The position numbers and the translations under genes are program-made. This document shows positions 63,876 to 64,000 of a stretch of DNA of 64,000 nt, piece after piece. The first letter of the stretch is position 1. Every line of letters starts with the position of its first letter. The notes below the pieces were generated by a model. The model searched no databases and had not been told where the DNA came from. It saw only the letters and a list, made by a program, of their open reading frames with translations. The stretch comes from Vicinamibacteria bacterium (GTDB lineage: Bacteria > Acidobacteriota > Vicinamibacteria > Vicinamibacterales > JAENWD01): positions 93,054-157,053 of the forward strand of contig CAWDZE010000014.1 in NCBI GenBank assembly GCA_963806705.1. Reading direction: 5' to 3'.

Positions 63876-64000
63876 ATGTTTGCTCGCAGTGTTTCCTTCC
63901 ATCTCAAGCCGGGTGGCGCGGCGCAGTTCACCCAACTCTTCGACAAAGACATCATCCCCGTGCTTCGGAAGCAGAAGGGGTTCCAGGACGAAATCGCGTT
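63876..64000 (+). CDS. ABM (antibiotic biosynthesis monooxygenase/Dabb)-like protein, 5' part only
   Basis: GGAGG then ATG 63876. MFARSVSFHLKPGGAAQFTQLFDKDIIPVLRKQKGFQDEIA...; runs off the window. Confidence 0.5.
   Translation, partial: MFARSVSFHLKPGGAAQFTQLFDKDIIPVLRKQKGFQDEIA

Noticed and set aside
1-64000. Search for mobile elements, prophage, toxin-antitoxin, restriction-modification or other defence islands, tRNA and rRNA genes.
   Set aside because: No integrase, transposase, recombinase, terminal inverted repeats, tRNA-like cloverleaf or rRNA signatures were recognised in any intergenic region. The DUF5615 PIN-like gene (14375..14803) has no adjacent antitoxin-like partner.

Overview
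High-GC bacterial chromosomal segment. Gene content suggests an Acidobacteriota-like soil bacterium: CarboxypepD_reg-type TonB receptor, futalosine-pathway menaquinone genes, many secreted hypothetical proteins. That placement is tentative. I support about 60 protein-coding genes. I found no rRNA, tRNA, CRISPR array, transposase or integrase. Recognisable blocks in order: argC / argR-argG-like-argH; amidase; fabI; a sigma54 activator placed upstream of a sigma54 promoter and an HD-GYP-GAF-GGDEF gene; deoxyhypusine-synthase-like and nagA; queC/queD; a GH42 gene; a DtxR-family repressor ORF running in frame into an outer-membrane barrel, divergent from a multicopper oxidase-ZIP-cupredoxin operon; ubiE; a PilT-like ATPase; a CysM/JAMM/Ubl-E1-rhodanese/IscS sulfur-carrier operon; a cobalamin-riboswitch-controlled TonB/ABC uptake operon; mqn genes, nadA, sod; moaB-moeA; secreted hypotheticals; an octaheme cytochrome-TPR protein; pssA; and a less GC-rich XRE island. 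Main hunt results: (1) Two thioredoxin-fold genes (Grx/NrdH-like at 29582, Prx-like at 49908) carry an in-frame TGA exactly at the first Cys of CxxC, each followed by a SECIS-like hairpin, so they are candidate selenoproteins. (2) At least 13 single-nucleotide indels break 9 otherwise intact genes. Nearly all sit on GTAC or GATC, which looks like methylation-linked base-calling error rather than decay. (3) A MoaD/CysO-like ubiquitin-fold domain ending in GG is fused to its E1-rhodanese, next to a JAMM peptidase and CysM. (4) Several families of tandem 7-8 nt repeats sit at gene boundaries, including a ~160-nt inverted octamer array. (5) There is no stop codon between a cytoplasmic metalloregulator and a signal-peptide-bearing OM barrel.
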